Positions 30,752-41,681 of a DNA stretch of 64,000 nucleotides are shown here, piece by piece. The notes beneath the pieces were generated by a model that ran no database searches, was not told the DNA's origin, and saw only the letters and a list, made by a program, of their open reading frames with translations. The stretch is from the NCBI GenBank assembly GCA_030390025.1, contig JASTWF010000337.1, forward strand, positions 310,001 through 374,000, in the 5' to 3' direction. The position numbers and the translations under genes are program-made. The stretch's first letter is position 1. Every line of letters starts with the position of its first letter. This DNA is from Squalus acanthias (lineage: Eukaryota).

Positions 30752-30846
30752 TTTTACTACGTTAAAGGCGCGATATAAATACAAGTTGTTGTATTCGCTG
30801 TAAAGTGCTTTGGGAATTCTCAGGCTGTGAAAGGTGCTGATCAATA
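30752..30846 (+). mobile_element. Two short L2-type LINE/SINE 3'-tail remnants
   Basis: TTTTACTACGTTAAAGGCGCGATATAAATACAAGTTGTTGT resembles the reverse complement of the L2 tail at 40527-40590; a second degenerate tail follows. Confidence 0.6.
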
Positions 30847-30894
30847 CAGGTTCTTTGCTGCAACTAAACCCAGTCAGAAACTTGCCCTGAGTCA

Positions 30895-32700
30895 TTAACG
30901 TCTATCAAAAACAGCAGTGGTCCAAGGACTGAGCCCTGGGAAACACCACTGTATCCCTCCCTCCAGTTCCAAAAACAGTCATTCACCACAACTTGCTGTT
31001 TTTCATCCCTTAGCCAATTTTGTATCCATGCTGCTACTGTCCCTTTTTACCCCAGGGACTTCAATTTTGCTAACAAGCCTAATATGTGGTAGTTTATCAA
31101 ACGCCTTTTGAAATGCCATCAACTGCACTGCCCTCATCCACCCTCCCTGTTACCTCATCAAAAAACTCAATCAATAAAGCTTCCCCACCGCCAACGTTAA
31201 ATTAACTGGCCAGGTTTATCCTTCTCCCCTTTGTGAACAAGGGTGCAACATTTGCAATCCTCCAGTCCTCTGACACCACCTCTGTATCTGAGGAAGTTTG
31301 GAAGATTGTGGCTAGCACCTCCACAATTTCTACCATTACTTCCCTCAGCAACCTAGGATGCATCCCACCCTGACCTAGTGACTTATCCACTTTAAGTACA
31401 GCCAGCCTTTCTAGTATCTCCTCTTTATCTATTTTTATTTCACTCAGTATCCCAATAACCTCCTTGTTTACCAAAGCCTTGGTAAAGTCCTCTTCCTTGG
31501 TAAACACCGCTGCAAATTACTCATTTAGTACCTCAGCTACACCTTCTGCCTCCACCAACAGATCTCCATTTTGGTCCCGAATGGGCCCCATCACTCCGCT
31601 GACAACCCTTTTACTGTTAATATGCTTATAGAAGACCTTTGGATTCCTTTTATGTTAGCCGCCAATCTATACTCTCACTGTCTCTTTGCCCCTCTTATTT
31701 CCTTTTTCACTTCTTTACTTTTTATATTCTCCCTTGTATTATCAAGCTCACGTCTATTATACGCCCCCTTTCTGCTTTATCCTACTCTCTAATTCCTTCG
31801 TCAGCCAGGGAGCTCTGGCTTTGGTTTCCCTCCCTTTCCCCCTTGTGGGAATGTACCTAGACTGTACCTGAACCATCTCCTCTTTAAAGGCCGCCCATTG
31901 CTCCATTACATTTCTGGCTCCCTGTCTTTGACTCCAATTTGCCTGGGCCAGATCCCGCCTCAATTCACTGAAATTAAACCTCCTTCAATTCACAGAAATC
32001 ACAGAATCCCCACAGTGCAGATAGAGGCCATTTCAGCCCATCGAGCCTGCACCGACACATATCACACCCTATTTAATCCCCCTAACACTAAGGGTCAATT
32101 TATCATAGCCAAATCAACCTAACCCGCACATCTTTGGACTGTGGGAGGAAACCGGAGCACCCGGAGGAAACCCACGCAGACACGGGGAGAATGTGCAAAC
32201 TCCACACAGACAGTCAACTGAGGCCGGATTCGAACCCGGGTCCCTGGCGCTGTGAGGTAACAGTGCTAACCACTATGCCACCATGGTATTTTTATTCCAG
32301 ATTTCTCCTTGTCCTTCTCCATAACTAATCCAAACCTTATACTATGATCACTATTCCCGAGATACTCCCTGACTGTGACATTCTCCACTTCATTCCTCAG
32401 AACTAGACCCAGCAATACCTCCTTCCTCGGGGAACATACTGATCAAAAAGGTTCTCCTGAATACACTTCAGAAATTCCTCCCCCCTCTCTGCCCTTAACA
32501 CAATCACTGCCCCATTCAATATTGGTGTAGTTAAAGTCTCCCATTATCACTACTCTATAGTTCTTTCATCGCTCAGCAATTTCTTTTCAAATCTGCTTCT
32601 CTATCTTCTTCCCACTATTTGGTGGCCTATAAAATACACCAAGTAGCGTAATAGCTCCTCTATTGTTTCTTAACTGCTACCAAATAGATTCCGTCTTTCT
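30895..32700 (-). mobile_element. Decayed CR1-clade LINE ORF2 fragments (endonuclease to RT), interrupted by a SINE
   Basis: Minus-strand translations LKVDKSLGQGGMHPRLLRE...WRIANVAPLF and RAPWLTKELESR; QGSVLGPLL-type motif near 30915-30950. Confidence 0.85.
31992..32284 (-). mobile_element. HE1-like V-SINE (tRNA-derived head, LINE-related tail)
   Basis: Minus strand has a tRNA-like head with B box GGGTTCGAATCC, a V-SINE core (GTGTGGAGTTTGCACATTCTCCCCGTGTCTGCGTGGGTTTCCTCCGGGTGCTCCGGTTTCCTCCCACA) and an (ATTCTGTG)-type tail. Confidence 0.85.
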
Positions 32701-33164
32701 AACACTAATATTTTCAACACACATGGTCGCACAGAGGCTTCTCAGATGCTGCATGTGATACCTTCTCCATCCTCGTTAGGTTGTTTAACCTTTTTTAGAG
32801 CTGCACAGCTGAACGGGGCGTTGACACACTGGGCCAAAGCCAACTCCCACCACTGGTCTGGATGGATTCCTGCCCCGACACCCAGTCCATCCTTCTCCTC
32901 ACCTCATCGTTAATGGAGGCTGAGCACTGGCCAGAACGTACCCGTTTTTTCTGCGTTCCTGATTCCCCCTTTAAACTGTTGCAGTAGCAGCAGGATTTCC
33001 ACTCCCTCCCTCTGCCAGAGCACTAATGACTGGCAAAATGTTAGCAGGAATGTGCCTCCGACTGGCTCAGTGGGATCCCCGACTTCCCCGATCCAACTGG
33101 CAAACACAAGCTGCAGGCCATCACCTGTAAGGAAAGGGGTGCAGTAAAGCGCAGGGACACACAA

Positions 33165-33190
33165 CGCCAGTAACCCAGTGTTCCTTTATT
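33165..33190 (-). terminator. Candidate SGSM3 polyadenylation signal (AATAAA at 33190-33185)
   Basis: AATAAA followed on the minus strand by GU-rich GTTGTGTGT, about 1.3 kb past the stop codon; a second AATAAA lies at 33919-33914. Confidence 0.5.
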
Positions 33191-34514
33191 TCTTATTTAC
33201 AAATAGCTAACATGATATAAAGTTTATACACACAGACTGGGCAATGATTAAATAAAAGTCAAGGAAGACAAGGAATAAAGTAAAACCCGCTACCAGGAGA
33301 CTCAAATTGCGAGAAGGTGTACGGATGATAATGAATCCAAGGCCCTACAGGACCTGCACTGCACAAAAACGCCACATACTTTCCGCTGCTGGACTCTGAA
33401 TGAAGCTGTTTTCATTCAGGAATGTCTGAAATGGAAATAATATGGGTCTGCCAGGGATAGTGAGAAGATGGAACAGCTGCCACACTTCTATGGGAGACAC
33501 TTTAAATGATTGCTTAATTAGGGACTCAACCCCAGGCTTAAACAAACTTGAATTTTAAATATACAGAGCAATTCCCACTGTTTCACAGCTGTAACCAGCC
33601 CTGCAAGCTCACCCAGCAGACTGGTGACCAGAAATGTACCATTTATGGCAGTTTTGAGGCCTGTTCATGCACTGGTTGGTATTTGTGACTTCCACCTGTT
33701 GGAATTGAGCATCTCAGGCTGTCGCATATTCTGGGAATGTGAAGGAAGTTGGGAAATCTAAACATAAATAGCTCCCACAGCAGGAATCAGCGGGCTGTCA
33801 GCTGTTGCCTCCCCCTGCACTGGCTACAATTACTGCTCCCGGAAACAAGCACCGAGGCTGCTGCCGAGGCTGGCTGCAGGTTTTTGCTCCCAGAGGCAGT
33901 CCCTCCTGTTTTGTTTATTCGTGTCAGCAATCTCCAAAGCACACACTTTTTTCTCTAATCTAATCTTTTTAAAGCCTGTCCCATGCTGCCGACGATGTGT
34001 GCTATAACCAGCCCTGCATGCCTGTCACCAGCAAGCTCAGCTAGTACAGTTACAGTTCCAGCAGGGTGGCAACCCCGAGCTCGGGCCGCTCTATCGATGG
34101 GCTGGAACCCTGCGTGTGATGAGATGCAGAAAGTGCCCCTTCAGTAGATTTGGACTCCCCAGGGGGGAAGGATTACAGTGTCGGTCACCCCACCAGGTGA
34201 AACCAGGCTAGCAAACACCCCCAGCCAGGTTAGTGCCCATTAACGGGAATTATGCAAGAGCTCTGTGTAACCTTTGGGGGGGAGAGAGTGGGGAGGGGGA
34301 TGAGAGTGGGGAGGGGGATAGAACAACAGCTCCCAAAGATTAATATTTGCAGGGTTACAATGATGCAGCGTTTCCTTGTCTCTTGTAGTGTGGGTGCAAA
34401 GCAGCACTCCGCAAATCCTGATCCTGATTGGGTGATCGCTATGTACACAGGCACCTGCAGTGTAACATGCTGATGGTGATTTGGCGTAGTGTTTGATTGG
34501 AGGAGAGTAGTTAG

Positions 34515-34598
34515 TTAACCATCAATATCCCAGCTGAACAGATGATGCTTCACCAACATGTCCTGGACTCCGTCTTTCAGAGGCTTCTTCTCTTTATC
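34515..34598 (-). CDS. SGSM3: SGSM3 terminal coding exon: [27 protein letters not shown]
   Basis: Acceptor ttttttcatcatcag; peptide matches the vertebrate SGSM3 C-terminus as I recall it ([12 protein letters not shown](V/I)DG); TAA at 34517-34515; phase 0. Confidence 0.95.
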   Translation of the reverse strand, partial: DKEKKPLKDGVQDMLVKHHLFSWDIDG

Positions 34599-34969
34599 CT
34601 GATGATGAAAAAAAAATGAATCATGTGCCGCTTGCGACAGTCGGACGATATCTCAACCAGAGCGGAGCCAGGGGATGTGATCAGGAACAGCAGGCAGCCC
34701 CTCACCACACCTCCCACTTCGCAGAGTCCGCAGCCTCAGCCCCACCCAGGCTGCAACTAATAATAAAAGACATGAAGCTCAGCCCCCACCACCCAACACA
34801 GACCCCGAGAGACAGACCCCTCCCCATACAGAACCTCCCCCCACACACAGATCCCTCCCCACCTAGACCCTCTCCCCCCGCACAGAAACCTCCTCCACAA
34901 AAAAAATCACACCCCACACAAAACCACCCAACACAGGACCCCCACGCCCCAACACGCAGAGAACACACA

Positions 34970-35160
34970 CACACACAGAAACCCCCTCCCGCACACACAG
35001 AAACCCCCTCCCGCACACACAGAAACCCCCTCCCGCACACACAGAAACCCCCTCCCACACACAGAAACCCCCTCCCACACACAGAAACCCCCTCCCACAC
35101 ACACAGAAACCCCCTCCCACACACACAGAAACCCCCTCCCACACACACAGAAACCCCCCA
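34970..35160. repeat. About 20-24-bp minisatellite CACACAGAAACCCCCTCCC(A/G)
   Basis: About 8 tandem copies with variable CA count. Confidence 0.9.
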
Positions 35161-35213
35161 GAGACTCCTCTCTATTGTGTTCGGATACACAGATCTGGAA
35201 TCATCAGGCGTCA

Positions 35214-36452
35214 GGACACTGGCTCACTGTATGGGTGTAATGTCCAGTGGAGTGGACACTGGCTCACTGTATGGGTGTAATGTCCAGTGGAGTGGACACT
35301 GGCTCACTGTATGGGTGTAATGTCCAGTGGAGTGGACACTGGCTCACTGTATGGGTGTAATGTCCAGTGGAGTGGACACTGGCTCACTGTACGGGTGTAA
35401 TGTCCAGTGGAGTGGACAGTGACTCACTGTACGGGTGTAATGTCCAGTGGAGTGGACACTGACTCACTGTACGGGTGTAATGTCCAATGGAGTGGACACT
35501 GGCTCACTGTAAGGGGTGTAATGTCCAGTGGAGTGGACACTGGCTCACCGTAAGGGGTGTAATGTCCAGTGGAGTGGACACTGGCTCACTGTACGGGTGT
35601 AATGTCCAGTGGAGTGGACACTGGCTCACTGTAAGGGGTGTAATGTCCAATGGAGTGGACACTGGCTCACTGTAAGGGGTGTAATGTCCAGTGGAGTGGA
35701 CACTGACTCACTGTACGGGTGTAATGTCCAGTGGAGTGGACACTGGCTCACTGTAAGAGGTGTAATGTCCAGTGGAGTGGACACTGGCTCACTGTACGGG
35801 TATAATGTCCAGTGGAGTGGACACTGGCTCACTGTACAGGTGTAATGTCCAGTGGAGTGGACACTGGCTCACTGTACGGGTGTAATGTCCAGTGGAGTGG
35901 ACACTGGCTCACTGTACGGGTGTAATGTCCAGTGGAGTGGACACTGGCTCACTGTACGGGTGTAATGTCCAGTGGAGTGGACACTGGCTCACTGTACGGG
36001 TGTAATGTCCAGTGGAGTGGACACTGGCTCACTGTACGGGTGTAATGTCCAGTGGAGTGGACACTGGCTCACTGTACGGGTGTAATGTCCAGTGGAGTGG
36101 ACACTGGCTCACTGTACAGGTATAATGTCCAGGGGAGTGGACACTGGCTCACTGTACGGGTGTAATGTCCAGTGGAGTGGACACTGGCGCACTGTACAGG
36201 TATAATGTCCAGGGGAGTGGACACTGGCTCACTGTACAGGTATAATGTCCAGTGGAGTGGACACTGGCTCACTGTACGGGTGTAATGTCCAGGGGAGTGG
36301 ACACTGGCTCACTGTACGGGTGTAATGTCCAGTGGAGTGGACACTGGCTCACTGTACGGGTATAATGTCCAGTGGAGTGGACACTGGCTCACTGTACGGG
36401 TATAATGTCCAGTGGAGTGGACACTGGCTCACTGTACGGGTGTAATGTCCAG
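35214..36452. repeat. 40-bp intronic minisatellite GGACACTGGCTCACTGTACGGGTGTAATGTCCAGTGGAGT, about 31 copies
   Basis: Direct tandem periodicity; a few 41-bp units. Confidence 0.97.
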
Positions 36453-36494
36453 GGGATGAGATACACGGCACCTTCAGCATTCTTTTTTCTTTAC

Positions 36495-36555
36495 CTCTTT
36501 CTTGATGGGAAGCTCCCAGTCCTGAGAAAGGCTAAACGCAAACCTGGACAACACC
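36495..36555 (-). CDS. SGSM3: SGSM3 exon: (R)VLSRFAFSLSQDWELPIKKE
   Basis: tgtgttgcag acceptor, GAG|gtaaag donor; 61 nt, phase 2 to 0; FAFSLSQDWELP motif. Confidence 0.95.
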
Positions 36556-37336
36556 CTGCAACACAGAGGCAGAAAACTCAGTCGAGATGTTATGTTGCAG
36601 AATGAAAGAAAAATAGTACCTGACCTTAACGACAGTTTATACAAGTGTAATCCTCTTTGTTAATCGAGTGCTTTAATCTTGGGGCTCTCTCAGGAGATGC
36701 TTTCCTAACATGATCCAATATCTTAGTCTCCCTGCTGTAAAACCAGCAACATATATACAGGACTGACACGGCTCTGTGGCGCCTCTCAGAGCATCGCACA
36801 GCAGCACCTCCTGGGGGTGGGGGTGGGATGCTGCATGCAGGGGGGCATCTTTGATGGGGTAAAGAATGGAGCTATTAGCAACATGGGGACAAGCGAGCGG
36901 TTACTGATGTCTCAGCAGGCAGAGTATAGCCAAGCCACACAGACCAGAAGGCTTAGGTCCAATCCCTGGTCTGTACAGACCGGCTGATCTCTGGGGGACA
37001 GCAAAATGTGTGGCTGCAACTGGTCTCAGTCCCCTCCCCACCCCCCGGGCTGGGAAACCAGAGAATTCCTGCTCCTTGTGACAATTCAATCAATGCTGCT
37101 GGAAGCTGATCTTGCGTGTGGCAGGTTTGGAATCTGCACTGAAGACCTCCAGTCCGAACTCTCACACAAAGACATCACTGAGGCCTGTGCGATCACATAA
37201 CTCTACGCCAGAGAAAGTCAGTGTCCCGACAAGAGAGTCGGAAATTGGCACAGAAATACGAGCACGAATAGGCCTTGCACCCAGCACGAGCTGCCCCAGC
37301 TACCATATAGCAACATAATATGGAGCAGTTCCTTAC

Positions 37337-37459
37337 CTCAGTTCACACTTGATCTGGACCCAGCCAGGACTGCGTAGGAACGACCAGGGCTGGTACCATT
37401 TCTCCACTGTCTGCATACTCGAACAGAGCACCTCCAGCCACAGCGGCAGAACCTGCTCA
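37337..37459 (-). CDS. SGSM3: SGSM3 RUN-domain exon: (N)[40 protein letters not shown](R)
   Basis: cctttgtgcag acceptor, GAG|gtaagg donor; 123 nt, phase 2 to 2; [24 protein letters not shown] motif. Confidence 0.97.
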
Positions 37460-37935
37460 CTGCACAAAGGCACCATTAGTAATAACCAAACCATGCATTC
37501 ATGCCCTATATCAATTCACATTAATAACATCACAACCCTGACAGGAATGAAGAGGAGCACACCAGGTACCAGAGGGAGTGAGACCCCTGCACACAACAAC
37601 AATCTTGCCAATCGCACTCAGGAAGAACACAGGAAGGCTGCTGTGGGAAATGGAAAACTAACACGCGAGTACAGCAGGAGTGCTCGACTGAGAGATGGAG
37701 CGTTAACCTGCAGATACTGCATAGCTGCAATGGAAAATTGTTCATCCCAAAATATCCCACAACTTGCAGAGTAAAAAAACCAACACAGCCACAAAAAGGC
37801 AAAACCAGCAGCATTTTACAGAATGAGGAACATCACTCACTGCAGTTACCGGGACAGCCCATAACCTGACACAGACTGACCCACAACACAGACCCAGGTT
37901 ATATGGATTTGGGGAGCGTGTGTGAGAGATTTGCG

Positions 37936-38424
37936 GGGCGTGCGAGGGGGATTCGGGGGCGTGCGAGGGGGATTCGGGGGCGTGCGAGGGGGATTCGGGG
38001 GCGTGCGAGGGGGATTCGGGGGCGTGCGAGGGGGATTCGGGGGCGTGCGAGGGGGATTCGGGGGCGTGCGAGGGGGATTCGGGGGCGTGCGAGGGGGATT
38101 CGGGGGCGTGCGAGGGGGATTCGGGGGCGTGCGAGGGGGATTCGGGGGCGTGCGAGGGGGATTCGGGGGCGTGCGAGGGGGATTCGGGGGCGTGCGAGGG
38201 GGATTCGGGGGCGTGCGAGGGGGATTCGGGGGCGTGCGAGGGGGATTCGGGGGCGTGCGAGGGGGATTCGGGGGCGTGCGAGGGGGATTCGGGGGCGTGC
38301 GAGGGGGATTCGGGGGCGTGCGAGGGGGATTCGGGGGCGTGCGAGGGGGACTCCGGGCGTGCGAGGGGGACTCCGGGCGTGCGAGGGGGACTCCGGGCGT
38401 GCGAGGGGGACTCCGGGCGTGCGC
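37936..38424. repeat. G- and CpG-rich 21-bp minisatellite GGGGCGTGCGAGGGGGATTCG (about 19 copies) plus about 4 copies of a 20-bp variant
   Basis: Near-perfect tandem copies read directly. Confidence 0.97.
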
Positions 38425-39184
38425 GTGTCAGAGAGCAGCTGATTTAAGATGTGAGGCGATGCGGATGGTGAAGCAAGATTGTGATTAGCAAAGAGATGAA
38501 CACGACAGATGGACAATAGCATGGAACCAGAATTGGGATTCTAAGCATCGTGGGGTCGTGCTTTCACTTTGGGCGCAATTGGCAATCCCTTCGTCCATTT
38601 TGAGAAATGTTATTTTTCCTCACATTTCCACTCAAAAGTATTTGCATATCACCGAACACAAAATCTGCCATGAACCAGCGCAATCTGGTAGCGTTTTAAA
38701 ACATAATTTAAAAAAAAATCTTCCCTGCTGTATTTAAGAGCGGTAACTGGGTGCAGTTTGATTAATACAGCTAGAAATGGCTTTATCACAAAAAATAAGC
38801 ATTTTTAATCAGTGTTAATCTACCACCTGTGAGTAACACGATTTTAAATGACTCAAAATAACTTTAAAATTATGCAGAACCATTTGTTGGTTTTATTGTG
38901 ATACAGGAGTCAGTTTGTTAGTAAGTTTAAAAAAAAATTATATTCAAAACCTTTTAAAACATGCCTATTCGTGTCCTTGTGCCCCAAAAATCCAGCTTAA
39001 TTTTTGGAGCCTCCTCGAAGAGCTGCAAACAGGCAGTTAGCGGAAACTCCCAACGGTGAATAATTCACCCTGGGGGGTGTGGCCAGTTTTGTGGGCGGGG
39101 CCTGCTTCTAACGTGATGTTTTTAAAACTAGCGCAAAAGATGGCGGAAACGCGCTTTGCGCTGAACGTAATTTGCTCTTAAAAT

Positions 39185-39805
39185 TCAGAGAGTCATTACA
39201 ACACAGAAGGAGGCCACTCGGCCCATCGAGTCCGTGCCGGCTCTCTGTAGAGCAATCCAGTCAGTCCCATTCCCCCGCTCTATCCCCGTAGCCCTGCAAG
39301 TTTATTTCCCTCAAGCGGCTATTCTATTTCCTTTTGAAATCATTGATCGTCTCCGCTACACCACCCTCGTTGGCAGCGAGTTCCAGGTCATTACTACTCG
39401 CTGCGTAAAAAAGTTCTTCCTCACATCCCTCCTGTATCTCTTGCCCAAAACCTTAAATCTGTGTCCCCTAGTCCTTGTACCATCAGCCAATGGGAACAGC
39501 CTTTCTGTGTCTACCTTATCCAAACCCGTCATAATCTTGTACACCTCTATCAAATCTCCCCTCATCCTCCTTTACTAAAGGAGAACGACGCCAGCTTCTC
39601 CAACCTAACCTTGGAGCTAAGATCCCCCATCCCCAGAACCATTCTGGTAAATCTCCTCTGCACCCTCTCAAGGATCTTCACATCCTTCCTAAAGTGTGGT
39701 GACCAGAACTGAACACAATACTCCAGTTGTGGGCTAACCAGAGCTTTATAAAGGTTCAGCATAACTTCCCTGCTTTTGTACTCAATACCTCTATTTATGA
39801 AGCTT
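39185..39805 (-). mobile_element. 5'-truncated CR1/HER1-type LINE 3' end
   Basis: LYKALVSPQLEYCVQFWSPH and RGDLIEVYKIM...TRGH...FFTQRVV CR1 C-terminal motifs. Confidence 0.9.
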
Positions 39806-39982
39806 TTCCTGATAATTTACTTCACAAGAGAAATGTTGCCCTTCTTGGTCCTAATGCCCTGTTTAAGTTGGGGCTGCACTGAGCCCTGAATCACACACCG
39901 AGCACTATTTGTTCCCTGTACAGTATGTCTTGGTCTCAAAGGAACAGGATTATAAAGTCAAGAATTGAAGATTTTCACTTAC

Positions 39983-40068
39983 TTTAGTCCCACACAGATC
40001 AGTGATCGGAATTTCACATCCATCTGTGCATGCGCAGCATCGTGACTCATGTTCACGGACTGGACAGC
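39983..40068 (-). CDS. SGSM3: SGSM3 exon: [28 protein letters not shown](N)
   Basis: cccttctttcag acceptor, AAA|gtaagt donor; 86 nt, phase 0 to 2. Confidence 0.96.
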
Positions 40069-40526
40069 CTGAAAGAAGGGAAGCAAAGTTTGGTGTTGGA
40101 TGGAGTGCACAGCTTCAGAAAGGAGAATGGCTGATCAATCTCATACTCCGGTTTTTAGGGCCTATAATTGGTACAAATATTGCATCTTTATTGGTCCCAT
40201 TATTAGCCACAGTTATAGCTCCTACAACAAAAAAACTGCAAATGTTGGAATCGTGAAACAAAAAGAGAAAATGCTGGAAACACTCAAGTTATCAAGCATC
40301 TGTGGAGAGAGAGAGAGAAAAAGAGAGCTGAATATTTTAGACATGGTCCATCCCTGGAATCGAAGCACAGCTTCCCCTCTCCTCTTTCTGGAGGGTTTGA
40401 TCCCTCCACAAGACTCTTGTCCTCCACCCCAGCTTTTCCGCTGCCGTTCCATTATCATTTTCCTATGGACCTGTAGCAGCTGCAACACCTGTCCATTCAC
40501 CTCCGCCCACACGATCCAGGGCCCCA

Positions 40527-41640
40527 AACAACAACTTGCATTTATATAGTGCCTTTATCACGGTAAAACGTCCCAAGGCGCTTCACAGGAGTGGTGTCAA
40601 ATCTTGTTTGATAATCGAGCCACGTAAGGAGATATTAGGATAGGTGACCAAAAGCTTGGTCAAAGAGGTAGGTTTTAAGGTGCATCTTAAAGGAGGAGAG
40701 AGAGGTAGAGAGGTGGAGAGGTTTAGGGAGGGAATTCCAGAGCTTAGGGTCGAGGCAACTGAAGGCACGGCCACCAATGGTGGAGCGACGAAGATCGGGG
40801 AAGCACAAGAGGCCAGAATTGGAGGAGCGCAGAGATCTCAGAGGGTTGTGGGGCTGGAGGAGATTACAGAGATAGTGAGGGGCGAGGCCATGGAGGGATT
40901 TGAAAACAAGGACGAGAATTTTAAAATCGAGGGGTTGCCAGACCGAGAGCCAATGGAGGTCAGTGAGCACAGGGGTGATGGGTGAATGGGACTTGGTGCG
41001 AATTAGGACTCGGGCAGCCGAGTTTTGGATGAGCTCAAGTTTACGGATGGTGCAAGATGGGAGGCCAGCCAGGAGAGCATTAGAATAGTCAAATCTAGAG
41101 GTAACAAAGGCATGGATGAGGGTTTCAGCAGCAGATGAGCTGAGGCAGGGCGGAGCTGGGCGATGTTACAGAGCTGGAAGTAGGCGGTCTTTGTGATGGG
41201 ACGGATATGTGGTCGGAAACTCATTTCGGGGTCAAATAGGACGCCAAGTTTGCAGTCTGGTTCAGCCTCAGACAGATGTTAGGGAGAGGGATGGAGTCGG
41301 TGGCTAGGGAACGGAGTTTGTGACGGGAACCAAAGACAATGACTTCGGTCTTCACAATATTTAATTGGAAGACATTTCTGCTCATCAAATACTGGATGTC
41401 GGACAAGCAGCAGGACAAATGAGAGGCAGTGGATGGGTCGAAAGAGGCGGTGGCACGGTAGAGCTGGGTGTCGTCAGCGTACATGTGGAACCTAATGTTA
41501 TGTTTTCGGATGACGTCGCCAAGGGGCAGCATGAGGATGAGAAATAGGAGGGGCCAAGGATAGATCCTTGGGGGACTCCAGAGGTAACGGTGCGGGAGCG
41601 TGAAGAGAAGCCGTTGCAGGAGATTCTCTGACTACGACTG
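40527..41640 (-). mobile_element. L2-clade LINE, 5'-truncated
   Basis: GVPQGSILGP, YADDTQLY, LHWL..FKILVLVFKSLHGLAP.YL, WNSLP; 3' tail ...TATATAAATGCAAGTTGTTGT. Confidence 0.92.
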
Positions 41641-41681
41641 GACTCCTCTGCATTGTGGAGACCAAACATAGATAGGGGATG

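Noticed and set aside
32941..33425. Two phase-compatible exon-like segments on the minus strand (about 33380-33425 and 32942-33123)
   Set aside because: They lie beyond the SGSM3 stop, around the likely poly(A) site, and give no recognisable protein; cannot be supported without RNA-seq.
34616..35320. Pro/His/Thr-rich 234-aa ORF and antisense Gly/Cys/Val ORFs
   Set aside because: Low-complexity repeat-derived sequence in the last SGSM3 intron.
35214..36452. CRISPR-like look of palindromic 40-bp repeats (also the 67-bp array)
   Set aside because: Units are head-to-tail without unique spacers, there are no cas genes, and the context is a vertebrate intron.
37899..38522. RG-rich, GGF-rich and PLARPRI ORFs
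   Set aside because: Translations of the 21-bp minisatellite inside an SGSM3 intron.
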